Below are positions 1-9,673 of a DNA stretch of 64,000 bases, piece by piece. Positions within the stretch are counted from its first letter, which is position 1. Each line of letters begins with the position of its first letter. The notes beneath the pieces were generated by a model that saw only the letters and a list, made by a program, of their open reading frames with translations, ran no database searches and had not been told where the DNA came from. The DNA comes from Gemmatimonadales bacterium (GTDB lineage Bacteria > Gemmatimonadota > Gemmatimonadetes > Gemmatimonadales > GWC2-71-9). The position numbers and the translations under genes are program-made. Location: contig DASQIZ010000115.1 of the NCBI GenBank assembly GCA_035631315.1, positions 2,846 through 66,845 on the forward strand, given 5' to 3'.

Positions 1-650
1 CGGCCGAGGAAGTGCTGGCGCTCACGGCGCAGATGGCGGGGAGTCAGGGAGGGAAGCGGCTGGCGGCGAAGCTCCTCGCGACGCTTCCGAAAGCTTCTCG
101 CCCGGAGCTCGCGGAGGAGTCGTTCCTGGTGGGCCCGGCGCCGAGCGGGCACGTGGAGATGGTGTTGGCGGTGGCGACACTCGGCAGGAGTGCCCGGCAC
201 TCGATCGAGATCAACTACTGCGGCTCGGATGGCGAGCCGTCGCACCGGGTCATCCATCCGTACCAGATTCTGGAGCAGGATGGCTCGTGGTATTGCTACG
301 CCTGGTGTGAAACGGTGCGCGGCTTCCGGCTCTTCAAGTGTGAGCGGGTACTCGAGGCGACCCTGACCGGGCGAGCGTTCGAGCACCAGCAGTCCTTCAG
401 ACCTCTCACTCGCGCCGATTCGGAGATCCACGCGTCAATTGTGGCCAAAGTGGCCTTCGAGCCCCGCATCGCTCGCTGGATTCGGGAGGAGCACCCCGGC
501 GGGCATGAGGACAGCCGGGGGCGGTACGTGGTCAGTTTCCGAGTCGCGGATCCGGCGTGGTTTGTCCGGGAAGTGTTGCAGTACGGGGATGGGGCGGAGG
601 TCTTGGAGCCGGAGAGTCTCCGGGAGGCGGTCAGGGGGGCGGTGGCTTGA
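1..650 (+). CDS. WYL-domain transcriptional regulator, C-terminal part (5' end outside window)
   Basis: Frame is open from base 3. HPYQILEQDGSWYCYAWCETVRGFRLFKCERV is a typical WYL core, followed by a C-terminal extension as in PafBC/YafY-like regulators. Confidence 0.7.
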   Translation, partial: AEEVLALTAQMAGSQGGKRLAAKLLATLPKASRPELAEESFLVGPAPSGHVEMVLAVATLGRSARHSIEINYCGSDGEPSHRVIHPYQILEQDGSWYCYAWCETVRGFRLFKCERVLEATLTGRAFEHQQSFRPLTRADSEIHASIVAKVAFEPRIARWIREEHPGGHEDSRGRYVVSFRVADPAWFVREVLQYGDGAEVLEPESLREAVRGAVA

Positions 651-776
651 GCTTCAAGGCGGCTGAGCTTGTGCGCCAGAGCCAGTTCCGGCAGGAGTCG
701 CCGACGATCTCGACGGTCGGCAGGAATCCGATCGACTCAGTGGGACGCAAGCATGCTCATATCCTGGCACTCTGTT

Positions 777-1037
777 ATGAAGTTGGGTATCACGGAAGCG
801 AGAGCTGTCGTCGTGTGTCCAGACGAGAACCGGGAGTATCGCGACCGGATTACGGCTCCTCAGCTGAAGGAGCGGGGGCGGACGGTGGAGGACGTGGTCC
901 GCTCGACTCTCAAGGATCCCAAACGCTTCGGAATGACGACGCCAGAACAACTCCTCAAAGCAGTCGCGGGCAAACATATGCCGACGCTCGGGGAATGGAG
1001 CCGGTACCTTGTTAGACGATACGGATGGGTAGACTAA
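777..1037 (+). CDS. hypothetical small protein (86 aa)
   Basis: ATG at 777 inside ORF 669..1037. Third codon positions are G/C-rich. The TAA stop overlaps the start of the hairpin at 1036..1059. No family recognised. Confidence 0.4.
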   Translation: MKLGITEARAVVVCPDENREYRDRITAPQLKERGRTVEDVVRSTLKDPKRFGMTTPEQLLKAVAGKHMPTLGEWSRYLVRRYGWVD

Positions 1038-1059
1038 CCCCGGGCGTCAGCCCGGGGTT
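1036..1059 (+). terminator. perfect hairpin AACCCCGGG-cgtcag-CCCGGGGTT (member of a recurrent hairpin family)
   Basis: 9-bp perfect stem with a 6-nt loop, read directly. It starts inside the stop codon of the upstream ORF. No U-tract. Confidence 0.5.
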
Positions 1060-1159
1060 CACGAGAGCCCGGCCCCCACTTGGCCGGCGCGGCATGAAGC
1101 CGCGGCTCGGCGTCTGCCCGGTGAGACGGGCTGTCACACCGCCCCCCCATCTTTGAGCC

Positions 1160-1462
1160 ATGCCCAAACACCCCAAGTTCGACCCCTCAGATCCCCTACT
1201 CGACGGCCCCGCCGCTGCCACCCTCGACCTGCACGGATTTCCGGCGGGCGAGGTGGAGCCCGCCCTCAAGGTGTTCCTTGAGACCTGGAAAGCCCGAATG
1301 CCGGGTGCCGTGGTGCACGTCATCACGGGTCGTGGTCGAGGTTCCAAGGGCGCGCCGATTCTCAGGCCTCTGGTCCGTCGGTTGATCAAGGACCTGCCGG
1401 CCGGAATGGTCCGGGATTGGGCCCCCACCCACGACGAGGGCGGATACCGAATCAGGCTGTAG
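1160..1462 (+). CDS. stand-alone Smr (small MutS-related) domain protein
   Basis: LDLHG motif plus VHVITGRGRGS, typical of the Smr nuclease domain. 100 aa. Confidence 0.8.
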   Translation: MPKHPKFDPSDPLLDGPAAATLDLHGFPAGEVEPALKVFLETWKARMPGAVVHVITGRGRGSKGAPILRPLVRRLIKDLPAGMVRDWAPTHDEGGYRIRL

Positions 1463-1526
1463 TGTCACACCCCTCCCCGAGACTTGAGGCGGTCGAAGAA
1501 TCGCCGTCACCTCAAAGGGAGGGGCT

Positions 1527-2177
1527 ATGCGCCCGCAGCTTATGGTCCTCGCCGTTCTGTGTGTCGCCGGCGTCGGATGTGCCGCACCTATCAACACCTC
1601 CACCTCCGTCACGTACCTCGCGCCGGTTGCACCGGTGGTGGATTCCGTCGCCATCCTGCCGGTGTCGTCGGGTGAGGGTCTCGAGGGATTCCGGCGCCTG
1701 ATCTCCGACTCCCTGTACGCCGTTCTGGGACGGGAGCGCCGCGAGATCGTCGTCCTTCCCGCGGACACCACCCTCAACCGCATCAATGCCGCTCACCTGA
1801 CCGACCGGTACGCGCAGGCCATCCGCGACTATCTGCAGACCTCTGTGCTCGACAAGGGCACCATCGATTCGATGGGGAGGGCCGTGGGGGTGAAGTATTT
1901 CCTCTACACCCGCGCGGCCTACGCGAGCGGGAAGAGCGTCTCCGGCAACTTCCTCACCGGCTACTCCACCCGGACGGACCAGGGTCTTCAGCTCTTCGTA
2001 CACGTCTGGGACGCTCGGCGAGGCGACGTCGTCTGGGAAGCGGTGAACGACGCGGAGGTTTCAGCCGGTGAGCTGCAGACGTCCCGCGGCCTCGATGAAA
2101 TCCTCGGCGCCGGTGTCCGCGATCTGGTCGGACGCTGGATGAGTCCCCGTGGGCAGAGCGACTCGCAGTCGCAGTAG
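1527..2177 (+). CDS. hypothetical lipoprotein
   Basis: MRPQLMVLAVLCVAGVGC signal peptide with lipobox. GGGAGGGG ribosome-binding site upstream. Confidence 0.7.
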   Translation: MRPQLMVLAVLCVAGVGCAAPINTSTSVTYLAPVAPVVDSVAILPVSSGEGLEGFRRLISDSLYAVLGRERREIVVLPADTTLNRINAAHLTDRYAQAIRDYLQTSVLDKGTIDSMGRAVGVKYFLYTRAAYASGKSVSGNFLTGYSTRTDQGLQLFVHVWDARRGDVVWEAVNDAEVSAGELQTSRGLDEILGAGVRDLVGRWMSPRGQSDSQSQ

Positions 2178-2181
2178 TGCC

Positions 2182-2484
2182 GTGGAACTTCAGTCTCCGA
2201 GTGGCCAGCGCTTCAAGCTGAACATTGAGGGATATCAGTTTCCCGAAGGACCGATGGGGTGGCACGACCGGAACTGGTTGAACATCCGGATCGCGGTTAC
2301 CCACCCCCGGGGGTCCTGGGAACGGTCTGCTCCCGCCCTCCTGACCGAGGAGGTAGCGAAGCTGGCTTCGTGGTTCGAGCAGGTCTTTCCTATCGATGCG
2401 GCTGCGTTTCTAGCAGCCGCCCTCGATCTGCGGCGGCAACTTGCCATTTTCCCTGAGCGATCAGGCGATGACTCCGAGCGCTAG
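2182..2484 (+). CDS. possible WapI-like immunity protein, short or truncated form
   Basis: GTG at 2182 just after the upstream stop. FKLNIEGYQFPEGPMGWHDRNWLNIRI followed by GSW...LLTEEV..L..WF resembles, from memory, the YQFP/NWL signature of WapI-family immunity proteins. The C-terminal half does not match, so this is a weak call. Confidence 0.3.
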   Translation: MELQSPSGQRFKLNIEGYQFPEGPMGWHDRNWLNIRIAVTHPRGSWERSAPALLTEEVAKLASWFEQVFPIDAAAFLAAALDLRRQLAIFPERSGDDSER

Positions 2485-2618
2485 TCAACGCTATCGAGCC
2501 ACGAAGTCGATGACGGCAGCCGGAACCCATTGGAGCAGCCGACCCTGAGGGCGCAGGGTAAGTGCTTGCCGCATTTGCCTTTCCGTTTCCAGAGCTGAAT
2601 GTTCTACACATATAAAGA

Positions 2619-2661
2619 TTAATATCATAGACATTAACCGACTTAGCGGCTATGATATTAA
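2619..2661. promoter_or_regulatory. perfect 12-bp inverted repeat TTAATATCATAG-N19-CTATGATATTAA, probable HipB operator/promoter region
   Basis: Read directly. It lies in the only AT-rich stretch of this region, immediately upstream of the hipB start at 2667. Confidence 0.6.
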
Positions 2662-2666
2662 CCATT

Positions 2667-2999
2667 ATGGCGCGCGTACTACCACCAATCCCAGGGCCAG
2701 CCATCGCGGCACTCCGGCGTCTAGGGTCCGACATACGAGATGCCCGCCGCCGCCGCAGTCTGTCAACAGACACCGTCGCAGGCCGGGCGTTGATAACTCG
2801 CACAACGCTTAGGAAGGTCGAACGCGGAGACCCCTCTGTCTCCCTTGGGATCTACGCAACCGTCCTTTATGTACTCGGACTGCTCGATCGCTTGGCGGCA
2901 CTAGCTGACCCGGGACAGGACCTCACCGGCCTCACCCTTGAGAGCGACCGGCTGCCTCAGCGGGTCCGGTCCCCCCGACGATTGTGGCGTTATGACTGA
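2667..2999 (+). CDS. hipB: XRE-family HTH antitoxin (HipB-like)
   Basis: HTH segment RRSLSTDTVAGRALITRTTLRKVERGD. Its stop overlaps the hipA start (ATGACTGA). The start may instead be 2652. Confidence 0.75.
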   Translation: MARVLPPIPGPAIAALRRLGSDIRDARRRRSLSTDTVAGRALITRTTLRKVERGDPSVSLGIYATVLYVLGLLDRLAALADPGQDLTGLTLESDRLPQRVRSPRRLWRYD

Positions 3000-4266
3000 C
3001 CAAATCGTTCGGGTCTACGTCGACCTGGAGGGAGTATCACACTTTGTCGGTCGGCTGTACTCGCGATTCGCCAAGGGACGGGAAAGCGCCTCCTTTCTCT
3101 ACGACGAGTCTTGGCTTCGTCACGCAAGTCATTTCGGCCTTGAGCCTGCCCTCCCGCTGGACCCTGCCCCCTTTCACACGAAGTCATCGCAGCAGGTTTT
3201 TGGATCTATAGGCGACTCGGCACCAGATCGCTGGGGGCGAAATCTTCTCCGAAGCGCTGAACGGAAGCGCGCCGAAACCGAGGGACGCGCACCCAGAACA
3301 CTGGGAGAACTAGACTACCTCTTAGGGGTGTCCGACTTCACCAGGGCCGGCGCATTACGCTTTCGCTTCGAGACCGAGGGACCTTTTCTAGCAGATGCAA
3401 AGGCCCACATCGTGCCGCCATTGGTGCAGCTGCCGGCGCTGTTGGCGGCAAGCAACCGCTTCGAGAGTGATGAGGAAACGCCGGACGATATCCGCATGCT
3501 GCTCGCCCCCGGATCCTCCCTCGGCGGGGCCCGTCCTAAGGCCTCGATCCTTGGTAAGGATGGCAACCTCCTGATTGCCAAGTTCCCTTCCGTTCACGAC
3601 ACCTATGATGTCATACGGTGGGAGGCGGTAACCACGACCCTCGCGAGAATGGCGGGCGTCACAGTCGCAGACTCATCCCTCAATCTGGTCGGCGGGCGTT
3701 CTGTTCTCATCCTGCGGCGCTTCGACCGCCAGGGCGGGATTCGCATTCCCTTTCTATCCGCGATGAGCCTCCTCGGTGCGAGTGACGGCGAAGATCATTC
3801 CTACCTCGAGATCGTTGACACCCTTAGGCAATTCGGCGCAGCGGTCAAGGAAGACCTCCACGAAATCTGGCGCCGAATTGTCTTCAACGTGCTCGTGTCG
3901 AACACGGATGACCACCTTCGCAACCACGCCATTCTTCTTGAGGGGCAAAGAGGCTGGCGCCTCTCCCCAGCATTTGACTTGAACCCGACGCCGCGGGACG
4001 TTAAGGACCATGTGCTGTCGACATCGATTGTTCGCGAGAATGTGCCGACGGCATCGATAGGCCTAGCATTGAGCGTCATCAAAGAGTTCGCCCTCAAACC
4101 GGACGAGGCCAACGCGATTCTCGGTGATGTTGCCGGAGCAACGAGGAAGTGGCGGGATGTGGCAGCACGCTATGGCCTGGAGAAGGCGGCCATAGATCGG
4201 ATGGCGAGCGCATTTGAACACAATGAAGCTGCCAAGGCCCGTGGACTCCTCACGCTCCTCACTTGA
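2992..4266 (+). CDS. hipA: HipA-family serine/threonine kinase toxin
   Basis: N-terminal coupling domain (VYVDLEGVSHFVGRL), GSSLGGARPK P-loop-like motif, catalytic NTDDHLRNHA and SPAFDLNP motifs, all intact. Confidence 0.85.
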   Translation: MTDQIVRVYVDLEGVSHFVGRLYSRFAKGRESASFLYDESWLRHASHFGLEPALPLDPAPFHTKSSQQVFGSIGDSAPDRWGRNLLRSAERKRAETEGRAPRTLGELDYLLGVSDFTRAGALRFRFETEGPFLADAKAHIVPPLVQLPALLAASNRFESDEETPDDIRMLLAPGSSLGGARPKASILGKDGNLLIAKFPSVHDTYDVIRWEAVTTTLARMAGVTVADSSLNLVGGRSVLILRRFDRQGGIRIPFLSAMSLLGASDGEDHSYLEIVDTLRQFGAAVKEDLHEIWRRIVFNVLVSNTDDHLRNHAILLEGQRGWRLSPAFDLNPTPRDVKDHVLSTSIVRENVPTASIGLALSVIKEFALKPDEANAILGDVAGATRKWRDVAARYGLEKAAIDRMASAFEHNEAAKARGLLTLLT

Positions 4267-5863
4267 ACGCCGGCGTCTTCCGGTCCGGCTGCGTGCAATC
4301 GAGCCGCATCCACCGCTGTGGCGTGCCGTCTGGATTCATCGGAATCACCGTCCGCCGGTCACGCGGCATGAACTGCGGATCTTCCGAGGCGAGATAGGCG
4401 AGCATCGCCACCAGCGTCGCGTTCTGCTCGACGTCCGCGAAGGCGATCTTGTCGTACGTGTCGCGATTCGTGTGCCACGTGTACTTCATGTAGTCCCAGT
4501 CGTCAGACGCGAGATTGAACCCCGGCGCGCCACATCCCACAAACGACGCGTAGTCATCGGGCGGGCCCGACGGACCCGGGAACGTGAACTTGATGTTGCG
4601 CGTCAGCTCGCCGGGAATGTCCACCAGATACCGCGCGAGATTCCCCGCTGCCAGCGTAAACCCCGACGAACTCAACTCGATCACGCGCCCCGTGCCCGCG
4701 TCCTGATTGAACGCGGCCTGCAAGCTGTCCATGATCGCGGGATGATCCGCCACGAACGCGCGGCTCCCCTCGAGACCCAGCTCTTCCCCCGTCCAATGCC
4801 CGACCAGAATCGTGCGCCGCGGATGGGGATACGCCGCGGCGAGAATGCGCATCGCCTCGAGCATCGTGATGGACCCGGTGCCGTTGTCCGTCGCTCCAGA
4901 TCCCCCATCCCACGAGTCGAAATGCGCCGAGAGGAGCACGTATTCGTTGGGGAGCGCCGCGCCCTTGAGCTCCGCGACCACGTTGTACACCGGCGCCTCC
5001 GGCCCCCGCACGGCCTGCGCCTCGAGCTGGACCACCGGTCCCTCGTTCTCCGACGCGAGACGATAGAGCAACCCGTAGTCCTCACATGACACGTCCACCA
5101 CGGGCGTGCCCTCGACCTCCGAGTCGAAGATCTGGTCCGCCCCCCACCCACCGGACCACCGGTTGGTGAGAATCCCGGCGACCCCCGCCTGCGCGAGCCG
5201 GCGGGCAAGCGACTGCCGCCCATAGCTGTCCTGGTAGCCCGTGCGTGTAACCCGCGCGCGCCACTGCCGCATCGCCACCGTACGCTGCGCCTTGAGCGTA
5301 TCCCACACGTCGGGCAGCTCCCACTTCTCCCAGCTCTCGTCCGGACGGCAAGTCGGGGGCGGGAAGGACGTCATCACGAACTTCCCCCGCGCCTTTGGTA
5401 ACCAGGCGACGAACGCCGGGCTGTCTGCGACATCGGGAAGGGTGACGACGTTGCCACGCACCGGCCTGCCCGCCGGCGTCCCCTCACTCCACGACAACAT
5501 CTGCGCCTCGAGCGTGCGCACCCGCGGGACCAGGAGATCGAGATGCGTGATCCCTCGACGCCAGGAGCGCCAGGTGCCCATCTGCTCCTTGCGCGCGGTG
5601 ACGTTCCAGCCCGCATAGGTGTGGAGGAGCCAGGCCTGCCCGGCCTCCATGCCGGGTGACGCCGTGAGTCGTGGCCCGATCGAGTCCATCAGCCGCTGAG
5701 CCAGGAAGGGAGCGTGGGAACTGTCGATGCCGAGCGCCCAGATGCGTCGCAGCACCGGGTCATCGACGGTGAACCCCTTGGGCGTGATGAAGAAGTCCTG
5801 CGCCACGATCGGCCGAGCGGTGGCAGTCAGCACGATGGCGACCAGGAACAGGGATCGTCTCAT
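4259..5863 (-). CDS. M28-family metallopeptidase, secreted
   Basis: HFDSWDGGSGATDNGTG and HWTGEELGLEGSRAF zinc-ligand motifs. Signal peptide MRRSLFLVAIVLTATARPIVAQ starts at 5863. The longer ORF up to 6208 is rejected. Confidence 0.85.
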   Translation of the reverse strand: MRRSLFLVAIVLTATARPIVAQDFFITPKGFTVDDPVLRRIWALGIDSSHAPFLAQRLMDSIGPRLTASPGMEAGQAWLLHTYAGWNVTARKEQMGTWRSWRRGITHLDLLVPRVRTLEAQMLSWSEGTPAGRPVRGNVVTLPDVADSPAFVAWLPKARGKFVMTSFPPPTCRPDESWEKWELPDVWDTLKAQRTVAMRQWRARVTRTGYQDSYGRQSLARRLAQAGVAGILTNRWSGGWGADQIFDSEVEGTPVVDVSCEDYGLLYRLASENEGPVVQLEAQAVRGPEAPVYNVVAELKGAALPNEYVLLSAHFDSWDGGSGATDNGTGSITMLEAMRILAAAYPHPRRTILVGHWTGEELGLEGSRAFVADHPAIMDSLQAAFNQDAGTGRVIELSSSGFTLAAGNLARYLVDIPGELTRNIKFTFPGPSGPPDDYASFVGCGAPGFNLASDDWDYMKYTWHTNRDTYDKIAFADVEQNATLVAMLAYLASEDPQFMPRDRRTVIPMNPDGTPQRWMRLDCTQPDRKTPAFK

Positions 5864-5915
5864 TGGGACAAGTCTCCAGAGGAAGTGCATATTCAGGAGC
5901 CCACAGGAGAAACTC

Positions 5916-7598
5916 GTGAACAAGCTGATGTACGCGCTCGCCGCCCTCGCCGCTATGGCGGGTTGCCGCAAGGCCGCGCCCTCGAACCCTGACGTGCCGG
6001 CGGCTGGCGCCGCGGTCGAACAAACAAGCCCCGGCTCAAAGCCCCCCGCCGAGATCGTGACAAGCTTCGATGGCTTGGGCGACGGGTTCACGGGACCACA
6101 GGGCACCTTCACCGGCCGCAACCCGTCCGACAACACGCTCGCCGTCGGTCCCGACCACGTCTTCCAGATCGTCAACGTCCAGATGGCGATCTTCGACAGG
6201 AAGGGCACAGTCCTCTATGGGCCCGTCGGGACGAACACGCTCTTCAAGGGCTTCGGCGGCGCGTGCGAGGCGGACGACAACGGCGACGCCGTGGTCCGCT
6301 ACGACCAGCTCGCGAACCGCTGGCTCGTCGTCATGCCGATCTTCAAGGAGATGAAGCGTCGCGCCGACCAGCCCCCGATCTGGACGGCGAGCAATCAAGT
6401 CTATCTCTCGCCCCCTGGGGTGAAGAACCAGCCGGGACCCGCGACCAAATTGTTTGTGCCCTCCATAGCCCCGGGCGCAAGCCCGGGGTCCCCGGGGTTA
6501 CCCCAACGCCCGCGCTTCCCGCGCGGGTTTCGTCCTGAGCCACCGAAGCCCGAAGACCTGGGCCCCTGGGCGATGTGCTATGCGGTGTCGACCAGCCCCG
6601 ACCCCCTTGGCACCTGGTACCGCTACGAATTCCTGCGCCCGCTCTTTCCCGACTACCCCCGCCCGGCAGTCTGGCCTGACGGCTGGTACGTCCCCACGAG
6701 CACCGGTGACACGGTTATCCAGAAGCACACGTGCGTCGCCGATCGCACCAGCATGCTGGCCGGCAAGCCCGCCACCGAGCAGTGCTTCGTGGTCGACAAC
6801 GTGAGCTTCCTCAATAACGCGGACCTGGATGGCACGGCGCTCCCGCCGCCGGGGTCGCCGAACATCGTCATGGCCGACGGCGGCACCCAGCTCCGAGGCA
6901 AGTTCTCGGATGATGGGATCTACTACTGGCGTTTCCACGTGGACTGGGTGAATCCCGACAACAGCCGGCTCACGGGTCCCTTCACCATTCCCGTGGCGCC
7001 GTATCACTTCCTCTGTGACGGCCAGCTCACGTCCTGCATCCGTCAGCCGGGCACCGATCGACACTTGGACGCGCAGGGTGACAAGCTCATGGCCCGGCTC
7101 GTCTATCGGAACGTGAATGGCACGGGGGAGATCGTCGCGTCGCACTCGGTGGAGACGAATGGCCGGCAGGGCGGGGTGCGCTGGTATCAGTTCACGGTCG
7201 GGAAAGATCGCTCCGTCACGCTCGCTCAGCAGGGCGCCTATGCGCCCGATGGCTTCGATCGCTGGATGCCCTCTGCCGCGATGGACAAGATGGGCGACAT
7301 CGGCATCGGCTATTCGTACGGCGGGAACGGCGATTTTCCGGGCCAGCGCTTCGCGGGTCGACTCGCCTCAGATCCCCCCGGCGTTCTCACGCTACACGAA
7401 GCGGTGCTCGCGGAAGGTGCGGGGTCGCAAACGAACACGTTGCGTTGGGAGGACTACACGCAAACCGCGGTCGATCCGACCGACGACTGCACGATCTGGT
7501 ACGTGGGCGACTACTACCACAAAGGCGCGGAGAATTATTCCACGCGGATCGGAGCATTTCGCATGCCGGGTTGCGCAGTTGCTGACCCCGGGCGTTAG
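5916..7598 (+). CDS. hypothetical lipoprotein (560 aa)
   Basis: GTG at 5916 preceded by AGGAGA. VNKLMYALAALAAMAGC lipoprotein signal. No family recognised. The last codons lie inside hairpin 7585..7606. Confidence 0.65.
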   Translation: MNKLMYALAALAAMAGCRKAAPSNPDVPAAGAAVEQTSPGSKPPAEIVTSFDGLGDGFTGPQGTFTGRNPSDNTLAVGPDHVFQIVNVQMAIFDRKGTVLYGPVGTNTLFKGFGGACEADDNGDAVVRYDQLANRWLVVMPIFKEMKRRADQPPIWTASNQVYLSPPGVKNQPGPATKLFVPSIAPGASPGSPGLPQRPRFPRGFRPEPPKPEDLGPWAMCYAVSTSPDPLGTWYRYEFLRPLFPDYPRPAVWPDGWYVPTSTGDTVIQKHTCVADRTSMLAGKPATEQCFVVDNVSFLNNADLDGTALPPPGSPNIVMADGGTQLRGKFSDDGIYYWRFHVDWVNPDNSRLTGPFTIPVAPYHFLCDGQLTSCIRQPGTDRHLDAQGDKLMARLVYRNVNGTGEIVASHSVETNGRQGGVRWYQFTVGKDRSVTLAQQGAYAPDGFDRWMPSAAMDKMGDIGIGYSYGGNGDFPGQRFAGRLASDPPGVLTLHEAVLAEGAGSQTNTLRWEDYTQTAVDPTDDCTIWYVGDYYHKGAENYSTRIGAFRMPGCAVADPGR

Positions 7599-7606
7599 CC
7601 CGGGGT
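7585..7606 (+). terminator. hairpin ACCCCGGG-cgttag-CCCGGGGT (same family as 1036..1059)
   Basis: 8-bp perfect stem. The TAG stop of the upstream gene sits in the loop. Confidence 0.5.
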
Positions 7607-7873
7607 TAGGCAGATGGCGCGAAGCTCCGGTGATGCGACGAAAATCTGATAGTTGACCCGTCTTGTCCCCCCGGGAGTAACTTGCCGCCGCGTGGCGGAG
7701 AAATGCCGCGCATCAAACGCTGACTCAGAGCAAATCCAGTGAAAGCTGGACACGCAAAGCTATGGGACTACCGCGACCCCGCCGTCGCCACGTTCGCCTG
7801 GCCGCCAGCAGACAATCACTGCCGGCGGCCCTTTGTTTGCGACGTGACCGCCGGAAAAGCTTTGGAGGTCGCA

Positions 7874-8668
7874 ATGCATCACCAGAAGAGCCTTACCTAT
7901 AGCGCGATCGTCGCGCTCCTCGCAGTTGGCGTGGTCGCGTGTAACGACCCGACCAACGCAGCCCACACCGCGCTGGCCTCAACGTCGACCCTGGCAGACA
8001 AGGGCGGCAACGGCAGCAGCGGTGTCATCGGCGGCATCGCGCCGACGGGTACGCACTTCGACCTGAGCGTCGATGGCGTGCCGCAGGGCCAGACCCCCGT
8101 CATGACCGGTCTCGATGGGCACACGATCTTCGTCGGGCTGTTCGCCGGCGACTCGTCGTCATCGATCAAGGGGAACAACGGCAACGGCATCGGCCGGGAA
8201 GAGAAGATCTTCATCGTGCCGGCTCCGACCGGAGCGAGCTTCCAGGTCCTGGATCCGAACGCAACGGACGCGAATGGCGCGACCGTCCAGCTCCCGGTGA
8301 GTGTCTCAAGCACCTATAACGTGTGGGTCCGAGCCGTGGCGCCCATCGGGCAGTCGATTCTGTCGACCTGCGCGACCGCCGCGGTGACGGACTCCACCGG
8401 CGTGTCGAGCAGCGAGGTGGTCTGCCCCGTTGCGACGATCTCCATGACCCGCAACCCGAACGCGAAGCTCGAGAACGTCGGCTCGGATCTGCTCAAGATC
8501 TCGGTCGACGCGAGCGCGAATCCCACGCTCGCCGCGTGCCTGGGCATCAAGAACCAGCAGCAGACGACGGTGGGGCTGTTTAACAGCTGCTTCCAGAACA
8601 TGCTCTGGACTCTCCAGGCCAGCGGATTGGCGCAGGTGCAGCTGCAGTTCTATCCGAAGGCTTCCTGA
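7874..8668 (+). CDS. hypothetical lipoprotein
   Basis: GGAGG ribosome-binding site then ATG at 7874. MHHQKSLTYSAIVALLAVGVVAC lipobox. Confidence 0.7.
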   Translation: MHHQKSLTYSAIVALLAVGVVACNDPTNAAHTALASTSTLADKGGNGSSGVIGGIAPTGTHFDLSVDGVPQGQTPVMTGLDGHTIFVGLFAGDSSSSIKGNNGNGIGREEKIFIVPAPTGASFQVLDPNATDANGATVQLPVSVSSTYNVWVRAVAPIGQSILSTCATAAVTDSTGVSSSEVVCPVATISMTRNPNAKLENVGSDLLKISVDASANPTLAACLGIKNQQQTTVGLFNSCFQNMLWTLQASGLAQVQLQFYPKAS

Positions 8669-8682
8669 GCAAGGGAGAAACA

Positions 8683-8708
8683 GGGGACAGGGGGTGGGCC
8701 CTGTCCCC
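8683..8708 (+). terminator. GC-rich hairpin GGGGACAGGG-ggtggg-CCCTGTCCCC
   Basis: 10-bp perfect stem, 15 nt after the stop at 8668. No U-tract. Confidence 0.5.
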
Positions 8709-8909
8709 AACCCCCCGCGCACCCGGTCACGCCGGCACCCAGTAACCCCGGCCGCCAGCCCGGGGGGACCCGATGACGTGGGCGGCCGTTCTCTAGAGGT
8801 CCCGTCCCTTCACGTAGCTGCCGGGCAACTCGGCCATTTCCGTATCGAAGCCCTCAAAGCACAGTGTCCGGGTCTTGCACGTCCGGTCCTTTTCCGGTGA
8901 CCTTGGGAT

Positions 8910-9614
8910 ATGTTCACGCCCGCCGCGCTCCGCTTCTTCAAAGAACTCCGCCGCCACAACAACAAGTCGTGGTTCGAGGCCCACAAAGAGGAATACCAGG
9001 GCCTGGTCGTGACGCCCATGCGGGAGCTCATCGAAGAGCTCGATATTCGCTTTGCCCGCTCGGCTCCCGAAATCACCGGCGACCCGAAGAAATCGATGTT
9101 CCGGATCTACCGGGACATCCGTTTTTCCAGGGACAAGTCGCCCTACAAGACCAACGCCGCCTGCTGGTTCTGGCATAAGGATGCCGACCCGCGCGTGGGC
9201 GACAGCGCCGAGTCGGGCAGCGCGGGCTTTTACTTCCATCTGGAGCCGGGTGGGTCGCTCGTCGGCGCCGGGATCTGGATGCCCCCGCGACCAGTGCTGA
9301 ACAAGGTGCGCGAGGTGATTGCGGAAAAGCCCCAGACGTTCGAGCGTGTGGTGAAGAATCCCGCCTTCAAGAGACGCTTCGGTGGCCTGGATAAGGAAGG
9401 GATGCTGAAGCGCGTGCCCAGGGGATTCGCCCCAGACCACCGCGCGGGCGAGTGGCTCCGATATCAATCGTTCACGGCGGGCAGAGAGCTCTCGGATCGG
9501 GACGTCACCAACAAGAACATCGGGGCACTGCTCGAGAAGGAATTCGTCCGGTTGCTCCCGCTCGTCCGGTGGCTCAATGGGGCCATGGGGTTGAGGCCCG
9601 CCGATCGGCGGTAG
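8910..9614 (+). CDS. DUF2461 (TIGR02453) family protein
   Basis: FTPAALRFFKELRRHNNKSWFEAHKEEY and FRIYRDIRFSRDKSPYKT are hallmark segments of this family. Confidence 0.8.
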   Translation: MFTPAALRFFKELRRHNNKSWFEAHKEEYQGLVVTPMRELIEELDIRFARSAPEITGDPKKSMFRIYRDIRFSRDKSPYKTNAACWFWHKDADPRVGDSAESGSAGFYFHLEPGGSLVGAGIWMPPRPVLNKVREVIAEKPQTFERVVKNPAFKRRFGGLDKEGMLKRVPRGFAPDHRAGEWLRYQSFTAGRELSDRDVTNKNIGALLEKEFVRLLPLVRWLNGAMGLRPADRR

Positions 9615-9673
9615 GTGCCGTACCGGACCCTGGGGGTTTGCCCCCGGTCCCACACAAGAACCGAGGTCGACTC

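Noticed and set aside
5864-6208. N-terminal extension of the M28 peptidase ORF (to 6208)
   Set aside because: The extension overlaps the divergent lipoprotein gene. A typical signal peptide starts at the internal Met at 5863.
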